A DNA stretch of 63,435 nucleotides, counting the filler. It is 5 parts of 5 records of this genome, joined end to end, with 100 filler letters (N's around TTAATTAATTAA, not from the genome) between each part and the next. Parts side by side here need not be neighbours in the genome. Positions count along the whole stretch, not along the records: positions 11,403 to 29,393 come from SRR20825010_2416; positions 29,494 to 40,086 come from SRR20825010_2420; 3 more parts are not named here. The stretch is one strand, 5' to 3'. How positions within the stretch are numbered: the stretch's first letter is position 1; each line of letters starts with the position of its first letter. Positions 27,912-37,347 of the stretch are shown here, in pieces. Made by a program: the position numbers and the translations under genes. The notes under the pieces are model-generated. The model ran no database searches. It saw nothing but the letters and a program-made list of their open reading frames with translations, and was not told where the DNA came from.

Positions 27912-28931
27912 TTAATTTAAAAATTGTTCCTTAGATAAGTTTAACCACTCCAAAGTGGCATTGCAGAATATGTCTTCCACCACTTCGTTTGATAAGCCCA
28001 TTTTCTCAATAAAGGCCCCAATTTCAAGGTCGCCTAAAGGGAAAGGGTAATCAGAACCAAGGGTGACTCTTTTAGATCCCTGCATCTCTAAAATGTATTT
28101 CATCATTAATGGGTCGTGGGTGATAGAATCTACCCAAAACTTCCCAATGTATTCTCGTGGGCTTACGGTATTGTCAATCGCCACTAAATCTGGACGGCAG
28201 TTAAAGCCGTGCTCAATTCGGCCAATGGTAGGTAAAAAGGAACCGCCAGCATGGGAGAAATTGAACCTTAGGTTAGGAAGTCTCTCCAACACGCCTCCAA
28301 AAATAAGGGAACAAGCGGCCCTTGAGGTTTCAGCAGGCATACCCACCAACCAAGGCAGCCAGTAACGTTCAATGCTATGAAAGCCCATCATGTTCCATGG
28401 GTGAATCATCACAGCCATGTCCAGTTCTTCACAAGCTTTAAAGATTTGAAAGAAGCGTTCGCTGCTTAAGTTTTTATCATTGATGTTCGACCCAATCTGA
28501 ATCCCAGGTAGCTTCAATTCATGCTTACAACGATGTAATTCCTGAATGGCCAAATCTTCATCCTGCATCGGGATAGTGGCCAGCCCGATGTAATTTTTAG
28601 GGTAGTCGCGGCAAATGCCGGCAATGTGGTCGTTCAAAAACCTACTGACTTCCAGTCCATCATGCGGCTTGGCATCATAAGAAAACATGACTGGAATGGT
28701 AGAAATAACCTGCACTTGTGTTCCAAACTGCGCATACTCTTCCATTCTGATTTTTGGATCCCAACAATTCGATTGGATTTCACGGAAGAATTTGCTGCCT
28801 TTCATCATCATGGCGGCTCCCTCTTTGTGGTGGTGCAGATGAATGAAATCACCATAGCCAAACTTCTCTGTCCATTTGGGCAGATGTTCCGGAATGATGT
28901 GGGTGTGCATGTCTATCTTTAAGTCAGTCAT
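27912..28931 (-). CDS. 2-amino-3-carboxymuconate-6-semialdehyde decarboxylase (ACMSD-type amidohydrolase)
   Basis: DMHTH, STIPVMFSY, HPW, WLPWLVGMPAET, GSDYPFPLG; kynurenine operon. Confidence 0.88.
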   Translation of the reverse strand: MTDLKIDMHTHIIPEHLPKWTEKFGYGDFIHLHHHKEGAAMMMKGSKFFREIQSNCWDPKIRMEEYAQFGTQVQVISTIPVMFSYDAKPHDGLEVSRFLNDHIAGICRDYPKNYIGLATIPMQDEDLAIQELHRCKHELKLPGIQIGSNINDKNLSSERFFQIFKACEELDMAVMIHPWNMMGFHSIERYWLPWLVGMPAETSRAACSLIFGGVLERLPNLRFNFSHAGGSFLPTIGRIEHGFNCRPDLVAIDNTVSPREYIGKFWVDSITHDPLMMKYILEMQGSKRVTLGSDYPFPLGDLEIGAFIEKMGLSNEVVEDIFCNATLEWLNLSKEQFLN

Positions 28932-28958
28932 TCGTTAATTAGTCAATGGTCATTCGTT
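28926..28958. repeat. Degenerate heptamer array (AATGACY on the mRNA strand) overlapping a stop and a start codon
   Basis: Minus strand AACGAATGACC ATTGACT AATTAACG AATGACT. Confidence 0.65.
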
Positions 28959-29315
28959 GTTTGCTGTTTTACCAATTGTTTTAATATAGGCATTCAGCGA
29001 TTTATGAAGATCTTCAAGATCGGTCATTAGTTGGTCATATTGTTCTTTTGGAAGAAAGCCTCTTCTGAAACTTTTACCAAGCCAATTTTTAGTTTCTAGT
29101 AATGACCCTCGGGAATAAAAGCAGAAATTGCGATTCTCTTTATAGAAGTAGCGACCATAACCTTCTGCAATATTAGCGCTAATCGAATCTACGCTTCGCG
29201 CCATTTGTTTGACTATCGTGTCTTTGGCAAAATAATCCCAGTCAACAATAATGTTCCATATTTTGTCTGAAAGAATGTCTGCCTGATTATAAACTCTTAG
29301 CTCTTCTAGTTTCAT
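28950..29315 (-). CDS. Four-helix-bundle protein (23S-IVS-protein / Avd-like family)
   Basis: LEELRVY...KQMARSVDSISANIAEGYGR...F..YSRGSLLETKNWL. Confidence 0.92.
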   Translation of the reverse strand: MKLEELRVYNQADILSDKIWNIIVDWDYFAKDTIVKQMARSVDSISANIAEGYGRYFYKENRNFCFYSRGSLLETKNWLGKSFRRGFLPKEQYDQLMTDLEDLHKSLNAYIKTIGKTANNE

Positions 29316-29363
29316 TTTAAAGCTTTTTTAATTCTGAACAAAAGCGGTGAATTCGAACTTTCT

Positions 29364-29393
29364 CCAATGACCAATGACCAATGACCAATGACC
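29364..29393. repeat. Perfect heptamer tandem repeat (CCAATGA)x4, truncated at the contig end
   Basis: CCAATGACCAATGACCAATGACCAATGACC. Confidence 0.9.
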
Positions 29394-29493
29394 NNNNNNN
29401 NNNNNNNNNNNNNNNNNNNNNNNNNNNNNNNNNNNNNTTAATTAATTAANNNNNNNNNNNNNNNNNNNNNNNNNNNNNNNNNNNNNNNNNNNN
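29394..29493. other. Artificial contig linker
   Basis: N-run with TTAATTAATTAA. Confidence 0.98.
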
Positions 29494-29558
29494 AGCGCCA
29501 CATGGATGTGCTTGAGCGTGTTTCGGGAGGGGGCTTCCTCCCCGGTTCTCGCAGAAAA

Positions 29559-31094
29559 TTAAGAAGACTTGTTGTTCCCGGCTCCCAAAAACAGCTGATA
29601 AGCCTCATTGTCAGTCATGTTTTCGTAGCGGAAGCCAACCTTGTCGAGCATCTTCTCGAAGTCTTTCACTTCGTCGTCTTCCACCTGGGCGCCCAGCAGA
29701 ACACGGCTGTAGGCCGCACCGTGGTTGCGGTAATGGAACATGGAGATGTTCCAGCGCGTGCCCAAGGACATCAGGAACTTCAGCAAGGCACCCGGGCGCT
29801 CCGGGAACTCGAACTGGAAAACTTTCTCGTTGGTGATGGTTGGCGCATGACCACCCACCATATGGCGAATGTGCTGCTTCGCCAGATCGCTCTCGGTCAG
29901 GTCAATCACTGAGTACCCGGTTTCCCGCAGGTCCTGGATAAGGTCTTCACGGCCATGGCCGCCCGCCGCAATCTGGATGCCCACGAAGATGGTCGCATTG
30001 GTGGCATCGGCGTAGCGGTAATTGAACTCGGTGATGCTGCGCTTGTGCAGGGCGTTGATGAACGTCTTGAAGGCCCCCGGTTTCTCCGGGATGGTCACCG
30101 CCAGGATGGCCTCGCGCTTTTCACCGATTTCCGTGCGCTCCGAGATATAGCGCAGGCGATCGAAGTTCATGTTGGCCCCACTGAGGGTGGCCACCAGGTT
30201 TTCATTCTCGATCTGTTCGCGCTCGATGTACTTCTTGATACCAGCCACGCCGAGCGCACCGGCCGGTTCGGCGATGGAGCGGGTGTCTTCGAAGACATCC
30301 TTGATGGCGGCGCAGATTTCGTCGGTGGAGACGGTGATCACCTCGTCTACGTGATCCTTGCAGATCTCCCAGGGGTATTTGCCGATCTGCTTGACGGCCA
30401 CGCCATCCGCGAAGATGCCCACTTCGTCCAGTACCACCCGCTTGCCAGCCTTCATGGCCGCCTGCAGGCAGTTGGAATCCTCGGGTTCAACGCCGATCAC
30501 CTTGATTTCCGGGCGCAGGTACTTGATGTAGGCAGCCATACCAGCAATCAGTCCGCCGCCGCCAACGCAGATAAAGATGGCATGAATGGGTTTGCTGAAC
30601 TGCCACATGATTTCCATGGCCACAGTGCCCTGCCCGGCGATGACGTCCGGGTCGTCATAGGGCGGGATGTAGGTGTAGCCGTGCTTCGCAATCAGCTCCT
30701 GAGCATGGGCTGCGGCCTCATCAAAAGCGTCGCCCTTGAGAACCACTTTGGCGCCGTGATCACGCACAGATCGCACTTTGATCTCTGGCGTGGTCTGAGG
30801 CATGACGATGACCGCCTTGATACCCAGGTTCCTGGAAGCCAGGGCCACGCCCTGGGCATGGTTGCCAGCAGAGGCACAAATCACGCCCTTGGCTTTCTGC
30901 TCTTCAGAGAGCTGCGCAATCCGGTTGTAGGCGCCACGAATCTTGAAAGAAAACACCGGCTGAAGGTCTTCGCGCTTGAGCAGAATGTTGTTGCCAAAGC
31001 GCTTTGAGAGGCTACGGGCCTCGGTCAGCGGAGTCTCAATGGCCACGTCGTAAACACGGGCATCGAGGATTTTCTTTATGTAGCGTTGCGGCAT
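29559..31094 (-). CDS. ilvA: Threonine ammonia-lyase, biosynthetic
   Basis: KREDLQPVFSFKIRGA, ASAGNHAQG, GGGGL, C-terminal regulatory FPERPGAL. Confidence 0.97.
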   Translation of the reverse strand: MPQRYIKKILDARVYDVAIETPLTEARSLSKRFGNNILLKREDLQPVFSFKIRGAYNRIAQLSEEQKAKGVICASAGNHAQGVALASRNLGIKAVIVMPQTTPEIKVRSVRDHGAKVVLKGDAFDEAAAHAQELIAKHGYTYIPPYDDPDVIAGQGTVAMEIMWQFSKPIHAIFICVGGGGLIAGMAAYIKYLRPEIKVIGVEPEDSNCLQAAMKAGKRVVLDEVGIFADGVAVKQIGKYPWEICKDHVDEVITVSTDEICAAIKDVFEDTRSIAEPAGALGVAGIKKYIEREQIENENLVATLSGANMNFDRLRYISERTEIGEKREAILAVTIPEKPGAFKTFINALHKRSITEFNYRYADATNATIFVGIQIAAGGHGREDLIQDLRETGYSVIDLTESDLAKQHIRHMVGGHAPTITNEKVFQFEFPERPGALLKFLMSLGTRWNISMFHYRNHGAAYSRVLLGAQVEDDEVKDFEKMLDKVGFRYENMTDNEAYQLFLGAGNNKSS

Positions 31095-31233
31095 GGGTCC
31101 GTCCGGAGTTGGATTGTCGTTGGGAAAACGGACAGTGTAGAAACTTTGCCGGGGTTCCGTCTATAAGCTCGCCCCACAGAAGGGCTATAATGGCGGCTTT
31201 AACCACACTTTCCTGCAAAACCGGAGTCGATCG

Positions 31234-31914
31234 ATGAATCAGGACGAACTGAAGAAAGCCGTCGCCAAGGCCGCACTGGACTATATCAGGCCGCACCTGG
31301 ATCAGGAGAGCGTTATCGGCGTGGGTACCGGCAGTACGGCCAACTGTTTCATCGATCTGCTGGCGGATATCCGCACCGATTTCGATGGCGCCGTCGCCAG
31401 TTCCGACGCCACGGCTGAGCGCCTGAAGAGCCATGGTATTCCGGTTTACGACCTCAACAGTGCCGGCCCCCTGGAGTTCTATATCGATGGTGCCGATGAG
31501 ACCAATGAACGCCTGGAGTTGATCAAGGGGGGCGGCGGCGCCCTGACCCGTGAGAAGATCGTAGCGGCGGTGGCCAAGACGTTTATCTGCATTGCCGATG
31601 GGTCCAAGAAGGTGGATATTCTGGGCGCGTTTCCGCTTCCGGTGGAGGTGGTACCCATGGCTCGCAGCCACGTTGGCCGCGAAATCGTCAAGCTGGGCGG
31701 CGACCCGGTTTATCGCGAGGGTTTCACCACCGACAACGGCAATATCATCCTGGACATCCACAATCTGGATATTTCCCGCCCGCTTCAGGTGGAAGAGCAG
31801 TTGAACAACATTGTGGGCATTGTGACCAATGGCCTGTTTGCTCGGCGTCCTGCGGACTTGTTGTTGCTGGGTACCGAAGACGGGGTAAAGAGTTTCTCCC
31901 GACAGGACGGCTGA
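31234..31914 (+). CDS. rpiA: Ribose-5-phosphate isomerase A
   Basis: [24 protein letters not shown]; divergent from ilvA. Confidence 0.97.
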   Translation: MNQDELKKAVAKAALDYIRPHLDQESVIGVGTGSTANCFIDLLADIRTDFDGAVASSDATAERLKSHGIPVYDLNSAGPLEFYIDGADETNERLELIKGGGGALTREKIVAAVAKTFICIADGSKKVDILGAFPLPVEVVPMARSHVGREIVKLGGDPVYREGFTTDNGNIILDIHNLDISRPLQVEEQLNNIVGIVTNGLFARRPADLLLLGTEDGVKSFSRQDG

Positions 31915-31926
31915 CTACGGAGGAGA

Positions 31927-32032
31927 CCGTGAAGAGACAGGGACATCAGGGGCACGCTGTTAATACGTCCGTGTACGCTCGACAAAAACATCCTTGTTTT
32001 TGACGTCCCCTGATGTCCCTGTCTCTCCACGG
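31927..32032. repeat. Long palindromic REP/MITE-like intergenic element
   Basis: 26-bp arms with one mismatch (CCGTGAAGAGACAGGGACATCAGGGG) around an inner CAAAAACA-TCCT-TGTTTTTG hairpin. Confidence 0.8.
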
Positions 32033-32131
32033 CCTGGACTCTTTTCGGGCCTTCTGCAAACCAAGCGCTTGCTTGGTTGCTGAAATTGAGTGAGACTGCT
32101 TCCATGATTTTTGATCACAGGGAGGCTTTCC

Positions 32132-33271
32132 GTGTCTGATTATTTCAACGATACCCACGAACAGGTTCGCCAGAGTGCCCGCAAGTTCGTTGCCACTCAT
32201 GTGTTGCCCTACATAGACGACTGGGAGGAAGCTGGCGAGTTCCCCAGGGAGCTTTATAAGACCGCTGGGGAGGCCGGGCTGCTTGGGGTCGGTTTTCCGG
32301 AAAGTCTTGGCGGCATTGGTGAAGGCGATATTTTCATGAAAGTCGCCGTCTCCGAAGAGCTGATGCGATCCACCTCCGGCGGCCTGGTGGCTGGGCTGGG
32401 GTCGCTGGATATCGGCCTGCCTCCGGTGGCGAAGTGGGCGCAGCAGGACGTAAAAGCAGCGATTGTGCCCCCGGTGCTGCGAGGCGAGAAGATTGCCGCG
32501 CTGGCAGTTACCGAGCCCGGCGGCGGGTCCGACGTTGCCAATATCAAAACCCGGGCCGTCAGGGACGGCGATGACTACATCGTCAACGGCAGCAAAACCT
32601 TTATCACCAGCGGCATGCGTGCCGATCATTACACCGTTGCGGTACGCACCGGTGGCGAGGGCCATGGTGGCATCAGTCTGTTGTTGATTGACCGCGATAT
32701 GCCCGGCTTTTCCACCGGCAAGAAGCTCAAGAAAATGGGCTGGTGGGCCAGCGATACGGCGGAGCTGTTTTTCGAGGACTGCCGGGTGCCTGCCAACCGC
32801 CTGATCGGTGCCGAGAATGCGGGCTTTATCGCGATCATGAGCAATTTTCTGTTTGAACGCCTCAGCTTATCCATCATGGCCTACATGACAGCCGAAATCG
32901 CCCTTGAAGCCTCGATAGCCTGGGCCGGCCAACGGGAGGCTTTTGGCCGGCCGGTGAACAAATTCCAGGTCACCCGTCACAAGCTGGTCGACATGGCCAC
33001 CCAAGTGGACGTGGCGCGGGAGTATACCTATCGCTGTGCCGCGCTGATGCAGGCGGGCAAGAACCCGATTAAGCAGGTTGCCATGGCGAAGAACTTTGCG
33101 GTGGAGGTGTGCGAGAAAGTCACCCGCGAGGCCGTTCAGATTCACGGCGGCATGGGGTACATGCGTGAATCCGTCGTAGAGCGGCTTTACCGGGATGGCA
33201 AGATCCTGTCGATTGGCGGCGGTACCGATGAGATCATGAAGGAACTGATCGCCAAGCAGATGCGGTTGTAG
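32132..33271 (+). CDS. Acyl-CoA dehydrogenase
   Basis: GTG start after GGGAGG; ALAVTEPGGGSD, NGSKTFIT, QIHGGMGY, IGGGTDEIM. Confidence 0.93.
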   Translation: MSDYFNDTHEQVRQSARKFVATHVLPYIDDWEEAGEFPRELYKTAGEAGLLGVGFPESLGGIGEGDIFMKVAVSEELMRSTSGGLVAGLGSLDIGLPPVAKWAQQDVKAAIVPPVLRGEKIAALAVTEPGGGSDVANIKTRAVRDGDDYIVNGSKTFITSGMRADHYTVAVRTGGEGHGGISLLLIDRDMPGFSTGKKLKKMGWWASDTAELFFEDCRVPANRLIGAENAGFIAIMSNFLFERLSLSIMAYMTAEIALEASIAWAGQREAFGRPVNKFQVTRHKLVDMATQVDVAREYTYRCAALMQAGKNPIKQVAMAKNFAVEVCEKVTREAVQIHGGMGYMRESVVERLYRDGKILSIGGGTDEIMKELIAKQMRL

Positions 33272-33373
33272 CGGTAAGGCGATACCAACGTTTAGTTTCG
33301 ATCCACACCATTGTCCCGTATAATTGCGCCCACTTTTTAAACGCAGTTAAACGCACTTCAGAAAGGATCGACC

Positions 33374-33901
33374 ATGAACTTCGACCATATCCCTGCTGGC
33401 AAGAACCCGCCGGAAGACATCTACGTGGCCATCGAAATCCCGTCCAACAGCTCCCCGGTGAAGTATGAGCTGGATAAGGACATGGGCGCCCTGCTGGTAG
33501 ACCGCTTCATGGCTACGCCAATGTTCTACCCGGCCAACTACGGCTTCATTCCCCACACCCTGGCTGACGACGGTGACCCGATTGACGTGCTGGTGGTGAC
33601 CCCGTATCCGGTTCAGGCCGGTTCGGTGATTCGCTGCCGCCCGGTTGGCGTGCTGAACATGGAAGACGAAGCCGGTGGCGACGCCAAACTGGTTGCCGTA
33701 CCCCACGACAAGCTCACCAAGAGCTACACCGACGTGAAAGATGTGGAAGATCTTCCGCAACTGCTCCGCGACCAGATCCAGCACTTCTTCGAGAACTACA
33801 AGACGCTGGAGCCGGGCAAGTGGGTTAAGGTTCAGGGCTGGGCCAACGCCGCCGAAGCCAAGAAGGCCATCGAAGCGTCCGTGAAGGCCTACAAAGGCTG
33901 A
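33374..33901 (+). CDS. ppa: Inorganic pyrophosphatase
   Basis: [33 protein letters not shown]. Confidence 0.97.
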   Translation: MNFDHIPAGKNPPEDIYVAIEIPSNSSPVKYELDKDMGALLVDRFMATPMFYPANYGFIPHTLADDGDPIDVLVVTPYPVQAGSVIRCRPVGVLNMEDEAGGDAKLVAVPHDKLTKSYTDVKDVEDLPQLLRDQIQHFFENYKTLEPGKWVKVQGWANAAEAKKAIEASVKAYKG

Positions 33902-33925
33902 TCGGCGACGCTTTCAGTCGATGAC

Positions 33926-33957
33926 AAAAAAACCGGGCTGCGTGGCCCGGTTTTTTT
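33926..33957. terminator. Bidirectional intrinsic terminator
   Basis: AAAAAAACCGGGC-loop-GCCCGGTTTTTTT between convergent genes. Confidence 0.9.
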
Positions 33958-33979
33958 ATGCGGCGATGCTGTACCGGCA

Positions 33980-35029
33980 TCAGCCTCGGGTCAGCAGGTC
34001 ACGCATGTCGCTGATCGCAGCGCTGGCGCGGGACAGGTACGCCGCCATGGTCAATGAGTGATTGGCCAGCACACCGAAGCCGCTGCCGTTCAGAATCACG
34101 GGGCTCCACATTTCACCCTGCGCACCTTCCAGTTCGATAATGATCTGTTTGGCGCTGGCCAGGGCGTTCTTGTCGTTAAGCACCTTGCGGAAGTCCACTT
34201 CAATGGCGCGGAAGATATGCAACAGAGCCCAGGCACTGCCGCGCGCCTCATAGAACACGTCGTCTATCTTCGTCCAGGAGGTCTTGACCTCCTCGCCCAT
34301 GACATCTTCCGAAAGCGGGTCGCCGGGATTGACGTTAGACACGGCGTCGGACACTGACGCTTTGCCAACACTCTCACCAAGCGTTCGGGATAGACTGCCC
34401 AGGCGGGTTTCCAGGTCCGCCAGCCAGTTGGCCAGGTTGTCAGCCCTGGCGAAAAACTGGGCGTTGGGTTGATCGGGGCGTGATAAGCGGTCCAGGTAGC
34501 TATACAGGGCCTGGATGCCACGACGATACTCCGCCTCGGTGGAGGGAATGGCCCAGCTACCGCTGTCGAAGTGGAACTGAGGCTCAGCAATTGTCAGGTC
34601 AGGGTCCTCAGCGGACTGACTCTGGGAACGACTGATGTCCTTGCGCATGGCACGGGACAGGTCGCGAAGCTGAACGAGCACCCCGTATTCCCAGTTAGGC
34701 ATGTTGTCGAGCCAAAGCCCCGGGGGGAATATGTCGTTCGAAACGTAACCGCCAGGCTTATCGAGAAGAGTCTCCGCCACCCGGATCATGGTTGCCGTTG
34801 TTGCGAAACCGGCCACCGGTTCACGCTGCATCTCATTGGCCACGGCGCGTGTGTGTTCGCGTACCGAGAAAACGTCTGGCTCGCTGCTCCAGATCATGCC
34901 TAGCACCAGGGCAACAAGCAGGTACACAACCACAACGGCCAGTATAAATTTGCCGACAACCCCTCCGCCGGTGTAGTCCTGAACGTCGTCTTTGCGATCA
35001 CTGAAATACTGTCTGATTTTTCCTGGCAT
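33980..35029 (-). CDS. DUF2333-family membrane-anchored protein
   Basis: LLDKPGGY.SND..PPG.WLDNMPNWEYG, FFARADNL, IDDVFYEARG, ANHSL. Confidence 0.8.
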   Translation of the reverse strand: MPGKIRQYFSDRKDDVQDYTGGGVVGKFILAVVVVYLLVALVLGMIWSSEPDVFSVREHTRAVANEMQREPVAGFATTATMIRVAETLLDKPGGYVSNDIFPPGLWLDNMPNWEYGVLVQLRDLSRAMRKDISRSQSQSAEDPDLTIAEPQFHFDSGSWAIPSTEAEYRRGIQALYSYLDRLSRPDQPNAQFFARADNLANWLADLETRLGSLSRTLGESVGKASVSDAVSNVNPGDPLSEDVMGEEVKTSWTKIDDVFYEARGSAWALLHIFRAIEVDFRKVLNDKNALASAKQIIIELEGAQGEMWSPVILNGSGFGVLANHSLTMAAYLSRASAAISDMRDLLTRG

Positions 35030-35158
35030 CGGTTTTCAGTTCCCCTGTTTGTCGTTTTATCCCGGACGCTATCCGTTCGCGCACTGCGAATACCATGAAG
35101 CAACGGCAACGTTTATGCAATTTGCGGCGTTTTTCGGCACTGTAACCGCGATCACACA

Positions 35159-37147
35159 CTAATGTCCCACCTCAAATGGCCGGCCCAAATGGTACCCCAT
35201 TGCGCCATCGATACCGACACCCTGCAGTGCCGCATATTCACCGGCTGTTTCAACACCCGTGACGTAGACCCGCACGCCGCGGCTGTGGGCGATGGTCGTC
35301 ACGGATTCGAGGTAGAAGCGGTTGTCGTCGTGGCTGTCGATATCATGAACGAAGCTGTTATCAATACGCAGTGCCTGGAACCTCAGATTCCTCAGGTAGC
35401 TGAAGGGCACCCCGCCTACACCGAAGCGGTCGACAATCACCGGCACCTTGAGCCGGTTCAACCCACGCACCAGGAGTCCTACCGCCGTCCGGTGGTGGTG
35501 AACAGCCTGCTCGGAAATACCAATCTGCAATCGCCGGCGCTCCTTGCCGGCAGCGGACAGCTGCTCCAGAAGTTCTTTGCGGAATGCCTCACTGGCCACC
35601 GAAACCATGCCCAGGCTTAACGCCAGGCGAGTGTCTGGTTCCGTATGCAGAAGCGCCAGGGAACGCTCAAGGACCCAGCGATCAATGTCGGGGATCATGC
35701 CAAAGCGTTCCGCCATGGGCACGAAAATACCAGCCTTGATCCAGCCTTCCTCCGTTCTCATCCGGGAAAAGACCTGATGGAACAGCACCCCGTTATCGCC
35801 ATTGCTGATCATGGGCTGCATCCACAGCGACATCTGTCCCTGGGTGATCGCTTCGCCAATCATGATCCGCCACTTTTCACTGTCATGGTGCTCAGGCCGG
35901 TCGCGATCAGCGGCATGACAGGCAGATCCCTCCTCCATCTGTGCCTGCCGAAGCGCTTCGTCGGCCGCTGACATAAGCTCGCCCGCTTTGCGGGTTTCAG
36001 CAGCCTGGGCAATGCCTGCATGAACAGACACATCCATGGGAGCGGAGAGGTCGGAATAGATGCCATCCAGCTCTTCGACCAGTTGGCGACACCAGATCAC
36101 CCCATCGGCACGTGAAACACCAGGCAGGAAGACAGCAAACCCGGCACCCGTCATGCGGCCGGCGAACGAATCGCTGTGCGCATGGACAAACGTATTCAGC
36201 GCCCCCGCAATGCGAACCAGCAAGCGGTCGGCCTCGTCGCGGCCATAACTCTGGTTATACTGGGCGAACTCTTCCAACTGGATCAGGAACAGCACCCCGG
36301 GGGCGGACCGCTCTTCCGATTCCACTTCAACCTTCAAGCGTTGCTCGAACGCCTGCCGGCTCGCAAGACCGGTCAGGCTGTCTTCGTTGTTCACCTTGCG
36401 CAGGTGCTGGATCAGTTTGGCCTGCCCTTCAAAAAGTCGCCCGAGGTCATCCGCCATCTGGTTCATAGCGTGGGTGACCTGGTTCAATTCCCGCGTGGAG
36501 GTAATGTCGACCCGACGCCTGAAGTCCCGTTTACCCAAGGCCCTGGCCTGTTTCTCAACAGCCCTGAGCGGACGCATCAGGCGTGTCATCATCCAAAACA
36601 GGCCGATCAACCCAAGGCCACCAATCAGGGCAGAGCCGGCCACGATTCTAACCGTCACCACCCACAGGTCTTCGTAGGCCCGGCCAGGGTGGCTTACGAC
36701 CCGCACCTTACCCAGTCGACTCCAGCCGCGCACCACTTCCGCTTCACCCACCGGCAGTGGCAGATCCGCCAGCGCCACAAACCAGCCCGGCACATCCACC
36801 TCACGCAGGGAGGTTTCCCGCCCGGCCACCTCCTCACCCTGATTATTGACGTAGACCACCGAGAGATAACGACCACTGTCGAAAACCGCATCGATCAATG
36901 AAGACGAGGCCACTGGATCGCGACCGTCAATGGCATTGGATAGGGACAGGCCAATGGCCGTGGCACCATCCCGGGCATGGCCCTGGAGCTGACCCGACAT
37001 GTAGTCCCGGAACCGGTCAAAACTGACGCTGGCCGCCGCCACCAGCACAAGCAGCAACATGCCACCGGTAAACAGCAACAGCAGACTGCGCAAGGTAATA
37101 ACACCTTGCTGGCGAGAGATCTGTCGGTCGTCTTGCGTCCGTGCCAT
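35159..37147 (-). CDS. LapD/MoxY-type c-di-GMP receptor (periplasmic, HAMP, degenerate GGDEF-EAL)
   Basis: LIDAVFDSGRY and VPGWF periplasmic motifs; GGDEF degenerate (TGAGF); EAL degenerate (QVFSR, DRFG). Confidence 0.8.
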   Translation of the reverse strand: MARTQDDRQISRQQGVITLRSLLLLFTGGMLLLVLVAAASVSFDRFRDYMSGQLQGHARDGATAIGLSLSNAIDGRDPVASSSLIDAVFDSGRYLSVVYVNNQGEEVAGRETSLREVDVPGWFVALADLPLPVGEAEVVRGWSRLGKVRVVSHPGRAYEDLWVVTVRIVAGSALIGGLGLIGLFWMMTRLMRPLRAVEKQARALGKRDFRRRVDITSTRELNQVTHAMNQMADDLGRLFEGQAKLIQHLRKVNNEDSLTGLASRQAFEQRLKVEVESEERSAPGVLFLIQLEEFAQYNQSYGRDEADRLLVRIAGALNTFVHAHSDSFAGRMTGAGFAVFLPGVSRADGVIWCRQLVEELDGIYSDLSAPMDVSVHAGIAQAAETRKAGELMSAADEALRQAQMEEGSACHAADRDRPEHHDSEKWRIMIGEAITQGQMSLWMQPMISNGDNGVLFHQVFSRMRTEEGWIKAGIFVPMAERFGMIPDIDRWVLERSLALLHTEPDTRLALSLGMVSVASEAFRKELLEQLSAAGKERRRLQIGISEQAVHHHRTAVGLLVRGLNRLKVPVIVDRFGVGGVPFSYLRNLRFQALRIDNSFVHDIDSHDDNRFYLESVTTIAHSRGVRVYVTGVETAGEYAALQGVGIDGAMGYHLGRPFEVGH

Positions 37148-37347
37148 CACTGGCAGCCCCTAGTCTGAAACAACGATTGTCGGCTATCTGGTGTGACCTG
37201 CCCCGCAGAGTTGACAAACATTTACACAGCGTCACCTACGCCGACAACATTAAACACTATAGACTCTGCAAAAAGACTAATGTTGAAAATATCCGCTTGT
37301 ACCGGAAACGGGCGGCTCAGAACGAGAAAAACACAGGCCGGAGCACA

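Noticed and set aside
11233-29315. Diversity-generating retroelement (Avd-like genes plus a reverse transcriptase)
   Set aside because: No RT gene or adenine-variable TR/VR pair is visible; the intron fragment is on a different contig from the four-helix-bundle genes.
18553-29393. CRISPR array in the repeat tracts
   Set aside because: Units are 7-8 bp with no unique spacers, and there are no cas genes in the window.
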